Of a DNA stretch of 64,000 nucleotides, positions 28,001 through 40,796 are shown piece after piece (within the stretch, counting starts at the first letter, position 1; each line of letters opens with the position of its first letter). The notes below the pieces were generated by a model. The model saw only the letters and a list, made by a program, of their open reading frames with translations. It was not told the origin of the DNA and ran no database searches. The DNA is from Eledone cirrhosa. Its lineage: Eukaryota. The stretch is from positions 54,498,001 to 54,562,000 of the forward strand of contig OZ024747.1 of the NCBI GenBank assembly GCA_964016885.1, read 5' to 3'. Position numbers and translations under genes: made by a program.

Positions 28001-28471
28001 CATGCCCCTGCATAGTCCCAACGCGCATCTAGGATTCCATTCCAGTCCCCCACTAAAAGCAGGGAACGCGACGTTCCTAGAAAAGTCTCCAGACGCTGGA
28101 AGAAGTCGGCTCTTTCCGCCCCGAAGGGAGCATAAAGACCGACCAGTCTGAAAGCCCCGCCTTCACCGCCTCCGACGTCCAGCACCAGTAATCGACCCCC
28201 CGGGTCCGAGTGAACAATCTGTACGTCGAGAGTCAGACGTTTATCCAGCAGTACGGCAACCCCCCCCCCCCCCGCCTCCGGGTTGACAGAGAGATGCGTG
28301 CATCTCAAAGTCATCGAAGGCGGGCGCCAGCTGTCTCACGCTGCTGATCCGACTCTCACAAACAACCATCACATCTATACTTTGTGACCTGAGGTCACTT
28401 AGAAGCTTTGCTTGCTTCCAAGCTGAGCCCAGGCCACGCGCGTTCAAACAGCCAACTCTCAATTGATCTAT
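25044..28471 (-). CDS. LINE ORF2 (apurinic-like endonuclease + reverse transcriptase + zinc-binding domain), two frameshifts
   Basis: EN motifs LNARG, VCES, GVAVL, YAP, GDWN, YLDRF, SDH. RT motifs SPGLDG, FRPITLLN, DQSKAFDRV, QGCPLS, YADD, LLGVWF. C-terminal CPRC..ETVAHALVHC. Frameshifts at the poly-C run 28260-28273 and near 26265. Confidence 0.93.
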
Positions 28472-30306
28472 TTTGGTGTTGAAAGTGAAGAAAGAAAAGC
28501 ACTTACCTCTCCGGGTTGCGTAATTTCCATGGCATCAGGTGTGTTGGGTGGAGGGATGTTTTGTGGTGGTGTGGGGGTACACGTGTGTGGTGGGGTTGGG
28601 GTATTTGGAGTTGTGTCAGGGAGAGGGGCGGTTATGGGGAAATCTTTCAAGAGGACGCGATTCAACGGTTTTAAACAGGGGGGGGGGGGGCTCACGTCCC
28701 GTCTAAATTGTTCTTTTAAGGAACGATAAAGGTCCAGAGGGACCTTTATCATTTTTAAATGGGTGAAGTTCTCTGTTGAGATAAAGTTTGGCCCTTCGGT
28801 CTGCACCATAGGGTTATTGTTTATTAATTTAACCAGTTTTTTGTTTTCTTTATTTATATATGTGTATTGCAACGTCTTTTTTTGTGATGCTGTCAATGTT
28901 TCGGAGAGGGGAGGCGCAGATTTATTTTTGTTTGTTGAGGGTGGGGTGTTTTTGATTGGAGTTGGTGTTTGTGTGTGGGTTATTTATGGTGTGCTGGGTG
29001 TGTGTTTTCTTTTTTTTCTTTTAACTTGTCTGAAGGCTTCTCCTCCTTCTTCTTCAGAAGTTGGGGGAAACTCTTCAGCGCTAGGTGGGAGGGACGTGTT
29101 GTGTGGTTGTTGTTTTTTTGCGGGAGGGGTAGATTTGTTACTGTTTTTTTTATTATTTGTTTGGAATGGGTTTTGTGGTGGTGGTGGTAATGTTTGTGTC
29201 GTGCTTGTGGTTGGTGATGGTGGTGGTGATGTTTGTGTTGTGGTTGGTGGTGGTGATTTTTGTGTCGTGCTTGTGTTTGGTGCTGGTGGTGGTGATGTTT
29301 GTGTTGTGTTTGTGGTTGGTGGTGTCTGTATTGTGTTTGCTGTGTGTGGTATTAGTGTATTTTTGGAGGTGGGTGGTGTTGGTGTACTGTTTGCGGTGGG
29401 TGTGGGCAATAGTCCTTTTTGGGGGATACGTTTCGGGCAGTTAGCCTTAACGTGTCCCCTTTCCATGCATAAATAGCATGCTGGTCTTCTCCCCTCTACA
29501 ATTATGTCTATTGGGGTAAGGTCATCCAGCCAGATGCGATCCGGGATTGGTGCTATTCTTTCGGGCCTCATTTGGACTAGTATGTCGAGGCCCATTCCCA
29601 GGAACGCATCTCCAGTTGCCTTCCCCATTGACAGCATTGTGTCTTCGCCCATATCAATGAAGCCAGCAATAGCCCACCAGAAGTCCATTGTGGGCAGCAT
29701 TGTTTTTACTTTTACTCTCTGTGTTCTTCTACCCATGTAGGAGGGATAGAAGCTATATGTTGTCGATGAGAGTGGGCTTAGGGAAAGCTTCTCCGCCGTT
29801 TCTTTGTCTCTTGTTAGGACCGAAATGCTGCCATAGAGTCGGTCCTTTCGTATGAAGAGAATATTCTTCATATAGTCTTTTAGGACTAACTCTATTTCCA
29901 TTTGGCTGGGCTGTGCTGGCTTTCTTGTCTGGTTCAGTATAGTTCTGTAGAGAACTGTGTTTTCTGCTCTGGCTTTCTTGAATTCTGGGGGGGAGTTAAT
30001 GGAAAACATTCCGTTCTCCCCCAAAACAATGTGTTTCTTTGCTTCGGCCAGTTTTTCTCTGGCGGCAGTTAGGTCAATTGGTGTGTATGAAATGGATTGT
30101 TTTGTTTTCTGGGCGAAAGTTGCCCTGTCGTTATTTGTATTATTTTCTGTTTGTTTGTTTTCTGTTTGCTCATTTTCCTTAACATTTGTTTTTTCATTTT
30201 CTTTGTTTGTTTCAATGTCTAATTTTGTTGTAATTATTTTTTGTTCTTCAGACTTGGGGGGCGTGGCAGAGCTAATGGCAGACATGTCTGCCATCTTTTC
30301 CGCCAT
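28468..30306 (-). CDS. LINE ORF1 (gag-like nucleic-acid-binding protein), one in-frame stop
   Basis: ATG at 30306 (MAEKMADM); zinc knuckle CYLCMERGHVKANC (CX2CX4HX4C). ORFs 30333-28984 and 28896-28468 are in the same frame, separated by one TAA at 28984-28986. Confidence 0.85.
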
Positions 30307-30964
30307 GCTGCCAAGAAAGAAATTTTTCGGCAAAAATAGATATTTATTTTACCCCCTAAAAAGGGGGTAAATGCAAAAATGTTTCCCTAAATAACAGGGG
30401 TTAGTGTTCCACTGAAAACTTTATCCGGTACTTACAATAGTAAGGGTAAATCCCGATGGAATAGCGGAGCCGATGTGAAGCGTGTCTTACTCTATCAAGA
30501 TAGATAGATAGATAGATAGTTAGATGGATATATTCATATATTGATAGTTAGGTAGGTAGAGAGATAGAGAGATTCATAGATAGGCTTCTGCACAAGTTTT
30601 GCCCCTAACATTTCCCTAAAACAATATGACACATGACAAATATGAAAGGATTTGAAACTCAACCTGTAGCTAAGTAGTAGTGAGGATACTTCCACAACAT
30701 CCCAGCTGTTACCGTTGTTATATTGTCTCCTATACTATTTTTCTTTATATCCCAATAACTAAGAACTCCATGAAATATTTTCAGGATTGAAATAAGTTTG
30801 ATATGATTAATTTAACTCTTGAAACTCTTCAAGACCAAATTTCTAGTAAAATAAGATCTATTTCAATTAATTTAATAATTTGCAGGGATTAAAACAAATA
30901 TGATTCAATGTTTTGATTTCTAACATAATAACTTATTGTTATAATTGTGGAGGGTCATGCTGTT

Positions 30965-31528
30965 ATAATATTGTTTCTACTTTTGGCACAAGGCAAGCAA
31001 TAACCCAGTGTATTACTGGTACTTTATTTTAACCACCCCGTAAGGATGAAAGGCAAAGTTAACCTCGGCGGGATTTGAAGTCAGATCGTAAAGGGACGAA
31101 ACTACGCTGGAAAGCATGTCTGACCCTCTACCAATACTGCCAATTATAATATTACCAGAAAAATATAATAAAACACACTCACTGTTTGGCTTGATTTTCG
31201 CTTCACTATATTTTTATATTTCTATTAATGATTTAGCTGGCAATCAATGTTTATCTTTGATAGACCAACAGTTAAAAAATATAAATATCTGATTGACATA
31301 AGCTTTAAACATTGTTTCTACATTTGACACAAGGCCAGCATACTGGTTGGAAGTGGAAATTCGATTAGATCGAACCTAGTTCTTTACCAGAACATTATTC
31401 TTTCGACCACGTTAGAATGAAAGGCAATGCTAACCGCGGTTGATTGTCATCTCAAAACGTAAAAGGCCGTATCTATATGCCACAAAGCAAGTTGTCCGAC
31501 ACCCTACCGATAATGCCAATCTACCGCT
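30965..31528 (-). mobile_element. Two tRNA-derived Meta-type SINE copies (30965-31144; diverged 31310-31528)
   Basis: Reverse-complement matches to the SINE at 13.2-13.6 kb, including the A box (ttggcagtattgg) and B box. Confidence 0.8.
31148..31292 (+). repeat. Dispersed ~140-bp repeat; diverged inverted copy at ~38455-38592
   Basis: Shared blocks aacacactcactgtt, tggcaatcaatgttt and gttaaaaa. Confidence 0.7.
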
Positions 31529-32226
31529 CTGATATAAGTTATCATAATAACAACTAAATATTCTTTTATGATTATGGAAGATTTAGATAAAAATAAGAAC
31601 GCTTTAAAATGGATAGTTTTGTTTCATAGAATCAGAGCTAGTTTTAGAGAGATTGGTACGGAATAGGTTAAGGCGATTTCCTTCAAAGTGCGTAGATCAA
31701 TAGCAGAAACTAGTTTGAAATGTTTTAAGAAGTGCATTATCAGACAAAGGGTATTATACGTTTATATCTGTATAAATACAAAGTATGTAACAGAGACTGC
31801 GAGTTTTACATGTCAACATATTGAAAATGTATATATTATATACATATTGTTGCAGTTTCGGTTACACATTCTGGATTTATACAGATGTAACTTTAGTATA
31901 AAACTCTTTATGTTGCAACTTGTCATATGTGAACCTCGGAATGTCACATTTTAATTCATCTAATCGAGCCATTTATACAGTGAATGTTCTCTATAAATAA
32001 ATTAGAAATTAGATGTGGATATGACAAGCGTCTTTCTAAAATAAATGAGCGGAAAATATGAATAATAAATGAATCGATAGAGAAGAAAATATGCATATAT
32101 TTATTTACATTAATGAAATACTGTTTCACATATAATATGAACATACACACATACAAACATACTAAAAACGATACAATTACACACACACACTCTCACACAC
32201 ATATATATATATATATCGAGAGAGAA

Positions 32227-32284
<58 letters not shown>

Positions 32285-32322
32285 TCAGAGGGTGGGAGGG
32301 AGATATATATATATATTCATAT

Positions 32323-32384
<62 letters not shown>

Positions 32385-33539
32385 TGACAGGGGGAGAGAA
32401 GAAGAGAAATAGTTTGCAAAATAGGAAATAGCACATAAAAACAACCAAAATTAAGTAAAATAGAAAAGTTTGAAATAGTGAATGAAATACTAAATGGAAA
32501 AAATACAAAGAAAGAATGAAAACGCAATGAAATAAAACGAGAAAAGTAATAAAACGAGAAAGGAAAGAAACATACAGAGATAGACTGGAAAGGGGGGGGG
32601 GATTAAATGAAAGAATTGTTGAGAATGAAATAAAAAAATCTAACAAACAAAGGCAACCAACGAAACAAAAACAGACGAACGGGAAGAAAGAAAGAAAGGA
32701 TAGATAGGAAGAAGGACAGAATGAAACAATGAAAGAGAGGAAAAAGCAAAGAAAGTAAAAATAACGGAGCATAGTATTAAATAGAAAAAAAATGAATGAA
32801 AAATTAGATATGAGGAAAGATCGGCATAAAGAAGGAATAAATTAGTGAATGAGAGAAAAGAAAGAAAAGAAAAAAAATGAAAAATGTATAAAAATATCAA
32901 AATAAAGAGGACAATAATGACCTACATAAGAAAATGAAACCGGAAGTTCGTAATGAAAGTAAAAATTAATAAAAGAGGAAGTTATATATAAGACACACAT
33001 ATATCGTATACTTATACATGCACCACAGTGAAATATATAGGCAAACGCACATACACATAAACACGTACATAAGTACACACATACATGTAATGAAGGCAAA
33101 TACAATGAAGAGAAAGAGGTACATAAAACAAACACATACAAACAGTTGCACAGCAAAAGTAACAAACTATCACACTGCCACAGAGACAAACACATACAAT
33201 AAAGGCGAAAAATGGAAGAGAAAGAGGTATATAAAACACAAACATATATAGAGTGTTCCCAAAAAATGTATACAGACGTCAACAGCATTCTAATGAATAT
33301 ATGTATACATTTGGGGTACACCCTGTATACATGTATAAATCTCCTTCACACATACATACAAGTAAAGAAACAGAAACAGAAACAGAGGACAGACTGTAAG
33401 AAGACATTATATTACCAATGGCTGACATTTTAAGTTTCTCTATAAAATTACAAATTATTCTCTAAAGACAGAAGTGAAAGTTGAAACCTAGATACATCCT
33501 GCCGTCTGCTTTTCCCAAGACTCATTTAAATAATATATA

Positions 33540-33614
33540 TACACACACACATATATATATATATATACACATACATACATCTATACATATACATATATAT
33601 ATATATACGTATAT

Positions 33615-33708
<94 letters not shown>

Positions 33709-33724
33709 ATATATACATACATAC

Positions 33725-33776
<52 letters not shown>

Positions 33777-33806
33777 GTATATATATCTACATACATATAT
33801 ATAAAC

Positions 33807-33851
<45 letters not shown>

Positions 33852-33852
33852 C

Positions 33853-33888
<36 letters not shown>

Positions 33889-33930
33889 ATTTATATATAT
33901 ATATACATACATACATTTATATATATATAT

Positions 33931-34020
<90 letters not shown>
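33540..34020. repeat. (TA)n/(TACA)n microsatellite cluster
   Basis: Visible. Confidence 0.95.
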
Positions 34021-34308
34021 ACAACATGGTTTTTCATCATTTCATTGAATTGTCAAGGCAATTATTAAGAAAGACAATACCGTTTGTTAATGCATGTATT
34101 ATTTAGTACTCTATCTACTGTGGTGGCCTGGTATTAATTATCACTCCCCAACCTTCCTCTATATCTCTCCATGACATTGTTTCTGTATGTTTCTCTCTCT
34201 CTCTCTATCTCTCTCTCGGTCTTCGAGAGAGAGAGTGGGAAATAGATGCACACAAACACGCACAAACACACGCACACGCACGCACACACACACACACATA
34301 CACACAAA

Positions 34309-34342
<34 letters not shown>

Positions 34343-35062
34343 CTTTATTTTCTCTCTATATATACATATATCGATCTGTCTCTGTCTATTAATTAATGTC
34401 TTTTCTCTTCTGCACTCAGTCTTGCTGTCTATCTATTAACCATCTGCTGCATCCATATAGGTTTCTTTATTTAGCTATGTATGTATGTATCCCAGTACAA
34501 CCTGTTTCATGGTCGGGTCGTTGGCGACTAAACTGGCAACCCCACCAAGGTTTCTTGGTGAGGAGGGTGACTTTGGACATCATGCAGGACTAAAATCAAA
34601 ACCTGTCAAAGGGCAAAGAGCTCTTAAGAGTCAATGGCCATCCAAAATCACCGGGAGAGATGACCCCTTAGCTTTTGTCAAGGCAGAATTCTAGGAGAAG
34701 GAAAGCTCTGATATAACACCTGCAACTCCGATGGTATCCAATGATATTGACTTGTTCTTCTTTTTGGTAAATATCATCTTGGTTAAGAGAGTGGGACTGG
34801 ATTTGTGCAGTGCCTTTGCTCACTATAAAAACTTTACGGCACAGGCATTGCTTTATATCTGGAGATCTCTCTGCACTTGTCATCACATGGTACCATGGGC
34901 CCAGCACTATGTGTCAATAATTGTCACAAGTGTAGTGTTTGTACCAGAGTTTTCAAGTCGTTGGCTGGACTAAAAAGTCACACTCGTTCAGTGCATCGGT
35001 AGGCGTTCTCCTACATGGATATAAAGTAGTGGGCGTACTCGAAAACGAGTTGGCAGCCGCCA

Positions 35063-35890
35063 TGTATGAATGTATGTATGCATGTATGTATGTATGTATG
35101 AATGTAGGTATGTGTGTATGTATGTATGAATGTGTATGCATGTGCGTGTAAGCATGTATGTATACATGCATATATGTATTTATGTCTGTATACATTTCTA
35201 TACATGTATACATGCATATATGTATGTATGTGTCTATACATCTGTGTATGCATGTATGTATGTATGTATCTATGTATGTATATATGTATATATGTGTGTC
35301 TCTGAATGTATGTGTCTATATATGTGTGTATATATGTATGTTTGTAGGCAAGTATGTATGTATTTATGTATGCATATGTGTATGAAGGTATGTATGTGTG
35401 TGTCTATGTGCGTGTATGTATGTGTGCATGTTTGTATGTATATATGTATGTATATATTATGTATGTATGTGTTTGTGTATGTATGTATGCATGTATGTAT
35501 GTATGAATGTATGTATGTGTGTATGTATGTATGAATGTGTATGTATGTGCGTGTAAGCATGTATGTATACATGCATATATGTATTTATGTATATATACAT
35601 TTCTATACATGTATACATGCATATATGTATGTGTCTATACATCTGTGTATGTATCTATGTATGTATATATGTATATATGTGTGTCTATGAATGTATGTAT
35701 GTGTCTATATATGTGTGTATATATGTATGTTTGTAGGCAAGTATGCATGTATTTATGTATGTATATGTGTATGAAGGTATGTATGTGTGTGTCTATGTGC
35801 GTGTATGTATGTGTGCATGTTTGTATGTATATATGTATGTATCTATGTATGTATGTATGTGTTTGTGTATGTATGTATGCATGTATGTAA
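35063..35890. repeat. Degenerate (TATG)n tract duplicated in tandem (~400-bp unit x2)
   Basis: Block gcgtgtaagcatgtatgtatacatgcatatatgtatttatg at ~35144 and ~35549; gtttgtaggcaagtatg at ~35340 and ~35729. Confidence 0.85.
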
Positions 35891-36198
35891 TTATGTATGT
35901 GTGTACATGTGTGTATTGATGGGTAGATGCTTCTATGTACATCTGCTCTTATCAATCTCCCTCGCTATCTTCAGAAATATATGTGTGATTGAGTGTCTGT
36001 ATGTGTGTGTGTCTGTATGTATGTGTGCCCATATGTCAATGTGTCTATGTGGCTGCAACGTATCTATCTGGGGTGTGTGAGTTAGTGTATGTGGCTGCGT
36101 TTGTGTGCATAAATACTAATTCTGACATACGTGTATGTATAACCAAAATATTCCTAGAACTTCATCTTCGAATTTAAACATACACACATACACGCGCG

Positions 36199-36251
<53 letters not shown>

Positions 36252-36561
36252 TCAATCACATACACACATACACACACATACACACACACACGTACATGTA
36301 CGCACAAAAAAAACACGTATCATCATCCAAGGACTACTTCGGATAACAACGGCAACTATAAACACATAATCTTGCGTTTATTTGATATTTGCGTGTATAT
36401 ATATATATATAGAGTGAGTAAAAGAGAGAATGAGAGGCCGAGAGCGAGAGAGGCTTGAAAAGCAGGAAGGAAAGAGTTCTAATCATGTAGAAGTCTTGAC
36501 TAGGTCCCAGTTTTGATCCGTCTGCGAATTCTCTCTCACTCTCTTTCTACGCAGGCACTAT

Positions 36562-36615
<54 letters not shown>

Positions 36616-36824
36616 CGAAGGAGGTATGGTAAGGAACCAGATGGACCATAACGCACCAGAGTACACAATACTTAGGGTAGTAGAGTGGGTAATGGGAAAA
36701 TGTTTAACCCAGAATGCAGAGCTCAAGCTGTTTCGACGGCTATTTCTGGATATAAAAATATATATATATATATATATATATATACGATATTAACAAATGG
36801 AAACTATATTTATAAAACCATATT

Positions 36825-36889
36825 TATTTTATTATACACATTTCAAGGACACCACGTTAAATTATGGTATGCTTTCATCAGACAAAATA
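36825..36889 (-). ncRNA. Type I hammerhead ribozyme, family C copy 1
   Basis: Reverse complement reads tattttgt-CTGATGA-aagcatacca..tggtgtcctt-GAAA-T-gtgt-A-TA-ataaaata. Confidence 0.75.
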
Positions 36890-37026
36890 CAATATAGATC
36901 AGTTCTATAAATAAATATTGACTTACCCTTAAAAAATGCAACCATTACTGTTGGAAGCATATATATATATATATATGTATATATGTGTGTGTGTATGTAT
37001 ATATATATATATGTATATATATATAC

Positions 37027-37141
<115 letters not shown>

Positions 37142-37191
37142 TAATGAAATGACAGGAGGCTGGATTTGTGTAAATCCTTGAAAGGTTTATT

Positions 37192-37249
37192 ATACTATGA
37201 TCATTTCAATGACGGGGTTCCGTATGAATCCGGTGATATCATCAGGTAT
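37192..37249 (-). ncRNA. Solo type I hammerhead ribozyme with palindromic stem III
   Basis: Reverse complement reads atac-CTGATGA-(stem II)-GAAA-T-gatc-A-TA-gtat. It lies in a ~300-bp island between (TA)n tracts. Confidence 0.72.
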
Positions 37250-37433
37250 TCGAAATATAATACGTGAATGTAATAGGTAAAATCCATGGGGCTGAAAATC
37301 GAGACCCGAGGGCGACCGCTATTCTGTTCCTTCAACCTCCTTGAACTGCTTTACGTGGAGTACTCTCTATATTATTGCATTACGATTGACCATACGGAAT
37401 AGACCAGCTCTATACAGTGGTGAACCTCAAACC

Positions 37434-37517
<84 letters not shown>

Positions 37518-37522
<5 letters not shown>

Positions 37523-37911
37523 TAATAAGAGGAATTCCAACTTTGTCTGATTTACTCGTTTTATATACAATCCTTTAAAATATATATAATGGTATTATAA
37601 TGAAATAGTATGATAGAATATTAAATTCTAAGTGTTAATTGAACAAGTACTTTCATGCTTTCGCAATCTTCAGGTTCATGATATGTGGTGACAGTCGAGT
37701 TTGCAATTTTCAACTGTGAAAATTGCAAACTCGACTGTCACCACATATCATGAACCTGAAGATTGCGAAAGCATGAAAGTACTTGTTCAATTAACACTTA
37801 GAATTTAACATTCTATCATACTATTTCATTATAATACCATTATATATATTTTAAAGGATTGTAAATAAAACGAGTAAATCAGACAAAGTTGGAATTCCTC
37901 TTATTAATATA
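37518..37911. repeat. Near-perfect palindrome (~195-bp arms, 4-bp loop), hammerhead-bearing fold-back element D
   Basis: 37518-37712 vs 37717-37911; I count only about 2 mismatches; loop actg. Confidence 0.97.
37751..37789 (+). ncRNA. Minimal type I hammerhead ribozyme (mirror copy at 37640-37678, minus)
   Basis: tgaac-CTGAAGA-t-tgc-gaaa-gca-t-GAAA-GTAC-TT-gttca: stem I tgaac/gttca, GNRA-capped stem II, palindromic stem III AGTACT. Confidence 0.85.
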
Positions 37912-37953
37912 ATCTTCTATACACAATCATACACACCCGTGTATATTTACCTA

Positions 37954-38026
<73 letters not shown>

Positions 38027-38615
38027 GTATAGTGCCTGCGTAGAAAGAGAGCGAGAGAGAACTCGCAGACGGATCAAAACTTAGTCAAGACTTCTACATG
38101 ATTAGAACTCTTTCCTTCCTGCTTTTCCAGCCTCGCTTGCTCTCCGCCTCTCATTCTCTCTTTTTCTCTCTCTCTCTCTCTATATATATATATACAATAC
38201 TGACTTAAGGGAGATATAAATAAATAAATAAATATATATACACAAGTACAAAAACAACCAAACAAAAACAAAAAAAACATACACCCAAACGCGAATACAC
38301 ACACACACACCAAACATTATAGAAGAAATAAATGAATAAATAAATAAAATAAAAATTGCGTAGACATTACAATGGAATAGGAGGGAAAATAATAGTACCA
38401 CTGATGATGTTGCAGATGTGCAACGAAAGAATTTGATAGACTATATATATATATTTATATCTGTATTTTTAACCGTTGATCAATCAATGACAAACATTGA
38501 TTGCCAAATAAATTAACTATGGAGATATGAAAGATACAGAATCGAAAACCAACAGTGAGTGTGTTCAGTTATTATTTCTGGCAGTACTATTACAACAATA
38601 TGACCCTCTCTTTCT

Positions 38616-38681
<66 letters not shown>

Positions 38682-39001
38682 CGATATTAACAAATGGAAA
38701 CTATATTCATAAAACGATATTTATTTCATTATACATACTTCAAGGACACCAAGTTAAATTATGGTGTGCTTTCATCAGATAAAATATAATATAGATCAGT
38801 TTTATAAATAAATATTGACATACACTTAAAGAATGCAACCATTACTGTTGGAAGCTCCCGGATAGTGGAGTTGTAGCTTTAATTATATTATTAGGTAAGT
38901 TAGTATTGGATATTTTTAAAATAATCCGTTGGGTTACGGAGAAAGAGAAAGATAGAGAAGTGTATACGTGTTATATAATATATAGATATTTAACAATATA
39001 A

Positions 39002-39861
39002 TCTATATATATAAAACTGTGGTTGTCTGTCTGTCTATCGATATTTGGCACACATCTCCTCTTAGAATCTCTCACGGAATTGCACCGAAATTGCTAGGTT
39101 TGTACATTGAGCCCTAGCGAAGACATTGGAAAAAAAAAATTTCAAATTGACCCACCCTATGTGACGAAATCGAATATAATGTATCGATTTTTGAGCGTAA
39201 GTTATCAGTTATTTCCCTTTGTTCTGTTTACATTGAGCGTCTTACGTAAAAAATTACAATACACGAACAGTTGTCGAGCCAGCAAAATATTGACCTGCAA
39301 AATTCATCAGTTCGAACACTAAGCTTCCGTTTTGCTTCATTTCCATTTAAAAGCATTTTAAAACAATATTTTTACTTGAAAACAAGTCTATTTAAAGACT
39401 ACGTAAAACAAGCAAATATTTCGTCGTTAGGCGTGCAGACAGACAGTCGTGCAGAGAGGTTATATACGCGTGCAGACAGATAGTCGTGCAGAGAGGTGAT
39501 ATAGGCGTGCAGACAGACAGTCGTGCAGAGAGGTGATATAGGCGTGCAGACAGACATAACTGATAATTTGGTTACGCTAATGTTTTTCTCTGCGTTGCAG
39601 TGTTTACATTTTCGATCTTTGTTAATAAATAACCAGTGCAGTTTCTATCCCCAGCATCCTCTTTTGTTATAACATTCGGGTTATCGTTATGTTTTCTTAA
39701 CTTCATAAGGCATATTGTTGGTTGAGGGAATATTAATCAAAAACACCACATCGAAGTCTGCACAGTAGACACTACAGTTTTTAAGCCAAGAAAGAAACTT
39801 AACATTGTAACTTTAACACAGCTACTGAGCGACCCCGAGCAACGCCGGGCTTTACTGCTAG
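39002..39861 (+). mobile_element. Non-autonomous Helitron (~860 bp)
   Basis: 5' TCTATATATATAAAA..gtctgtctgtc; 3' GC-rich hairpin ccccgagcaacgccggg (~39833-39849) then CTAG; inserted between A(39001) and T(39862) without TSD; internal 37-bp tandem repeat. Confidence 0.85.
39429..39556. repeat. 37-bp tandem repeat x3.4 within Helitron
   Basis: aggcgtgcagacagacagtcgtgcagagaggtgatat at 39429, 39466, 39503 and 39540. Confidence 0.93.
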
Positions 39862-40314
39862 TAATATATAGATTTCTTAACATATAGATCCCAATTTTTA
39901 ATCTATTGATCTCAATATTTAACTGATTAACTAAACATCTAATCATATTTAAACAATGGTTACATTTCTCATATTATATATTTATATTCCATTCATTAAC
40001 ATTTCTAATTTTATTTATTCATTTCATTTCAAATGTTAAGATAACTCAACATGATATAACTTGGAGTTTTAGTTCTCTCTCCTTTCTCTGTCTCTTCTCT
40101 CTCTCTATCTTTCTCTCTCGGTTGTTCTTCTCTCTCTTTCCTTCTCTATCTTTCTCTTTCTCCGTAACCCAACGGATTATTTTAAAAATATCCAATACTA
40201 ACTTATCTAATAATATAATTAAAGCTACAACTCCACTATCCGGGAGCTTTCAACAGTAATGGTTGCATTCTTTAAGGGTATGTCAATATTTATTTATAAA
40301 ACTGATCTATATTA

Positions 40315-40379
40315 TATTTTATCTGATGAAAGCACACCATAATTTAACTTGGTGTCCTTGAAATATGTATAATGAAATA
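40315..40379 (+). ncRNA. Type I hammerhead ribozyme, family C (mirror at 38722-38786 has GAAA>GAAG)
   Basis: tattttat-CTGATGA-aagcacacca-taatttaact-tggtgtcctt-GAAA-T-atgt-A-TA-atgaaata. Confidence 0.8.
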
Positions 40380-40571
40380 AATATGGTTTTATAAATATAG
40401 TTTCCATTTGTTAATATCGTATTTTTACTCCAAATATTTGTTGAGTGCTTTATATCAGTTATAAAAATATTTGCTTGTTGTATCCCAACAATTTAAATAG
40501 AACTTCTACACACACACATATATATATATATATAGATGTGAGAAAAACCACAGACCCTCCATCTCAACTGA

Positions 40572-40609
40572 CCTTTTGAAAAGCAGAAGAACTGCGAAAC
40601 CGGTAAAGG
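40572..40609 (+). ncRNA. Degenerate minimal hammerhead ribozyme
   Basis: cctt-TTGAAAA(two changes from CTGANGA)-gcag-aagaa-ctgc-GAAA-CCGG-TA-aagg; all three stems intact. Confidence 0.6.
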
Positions 40610-40740
40610 AACCAAATAAATATAAAATATTAAAAAAAAAAAAAGATTCCAGTTGCATTTTCGATTTCATCTCTTTTTCTTTATACTTTCACTCGTGTAG
40701 GACACCTCGGTTATTTTTCAATTTGTAAAAACAACCTCGC

Positions 40741-40796
<56 letters not shown>

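Larger units (their letters stand above)
24811..30498 (-). mobile_element. Near full-length L1/Tx1-clade non-LTR retrotransposon (~5.7 kb) inserted in (GATA)n
   Basis: ORF1 with CCHC knuckle; ORF2 with APE endonuclease, RT and C-terminal zinc motif; AATAAA near the 3' end; (GATA)n directly on both flanks; much higher GC than flanks. Confidence 0.95.
38680..40421. repeat. Inverted pair of family C elements (38680-38960 / 40141-40421), spacer expanded by a Helitron
   Basis: ~280-bp arms are reverse complements with few mismatches. Confidence 0.92.

Noticed and set aside
30348-30371. 10-bp hairpin in the LINE 5' UTR as a terminator or regulatory element
   Set aside because: The inverted repeat is real, but no function can be supported from one copy.
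34490-34740. Possible RTE-type LINE 5' UTR fragment
   Set aside because: Only an impressionistic resemblance, with no coding motif to support it.
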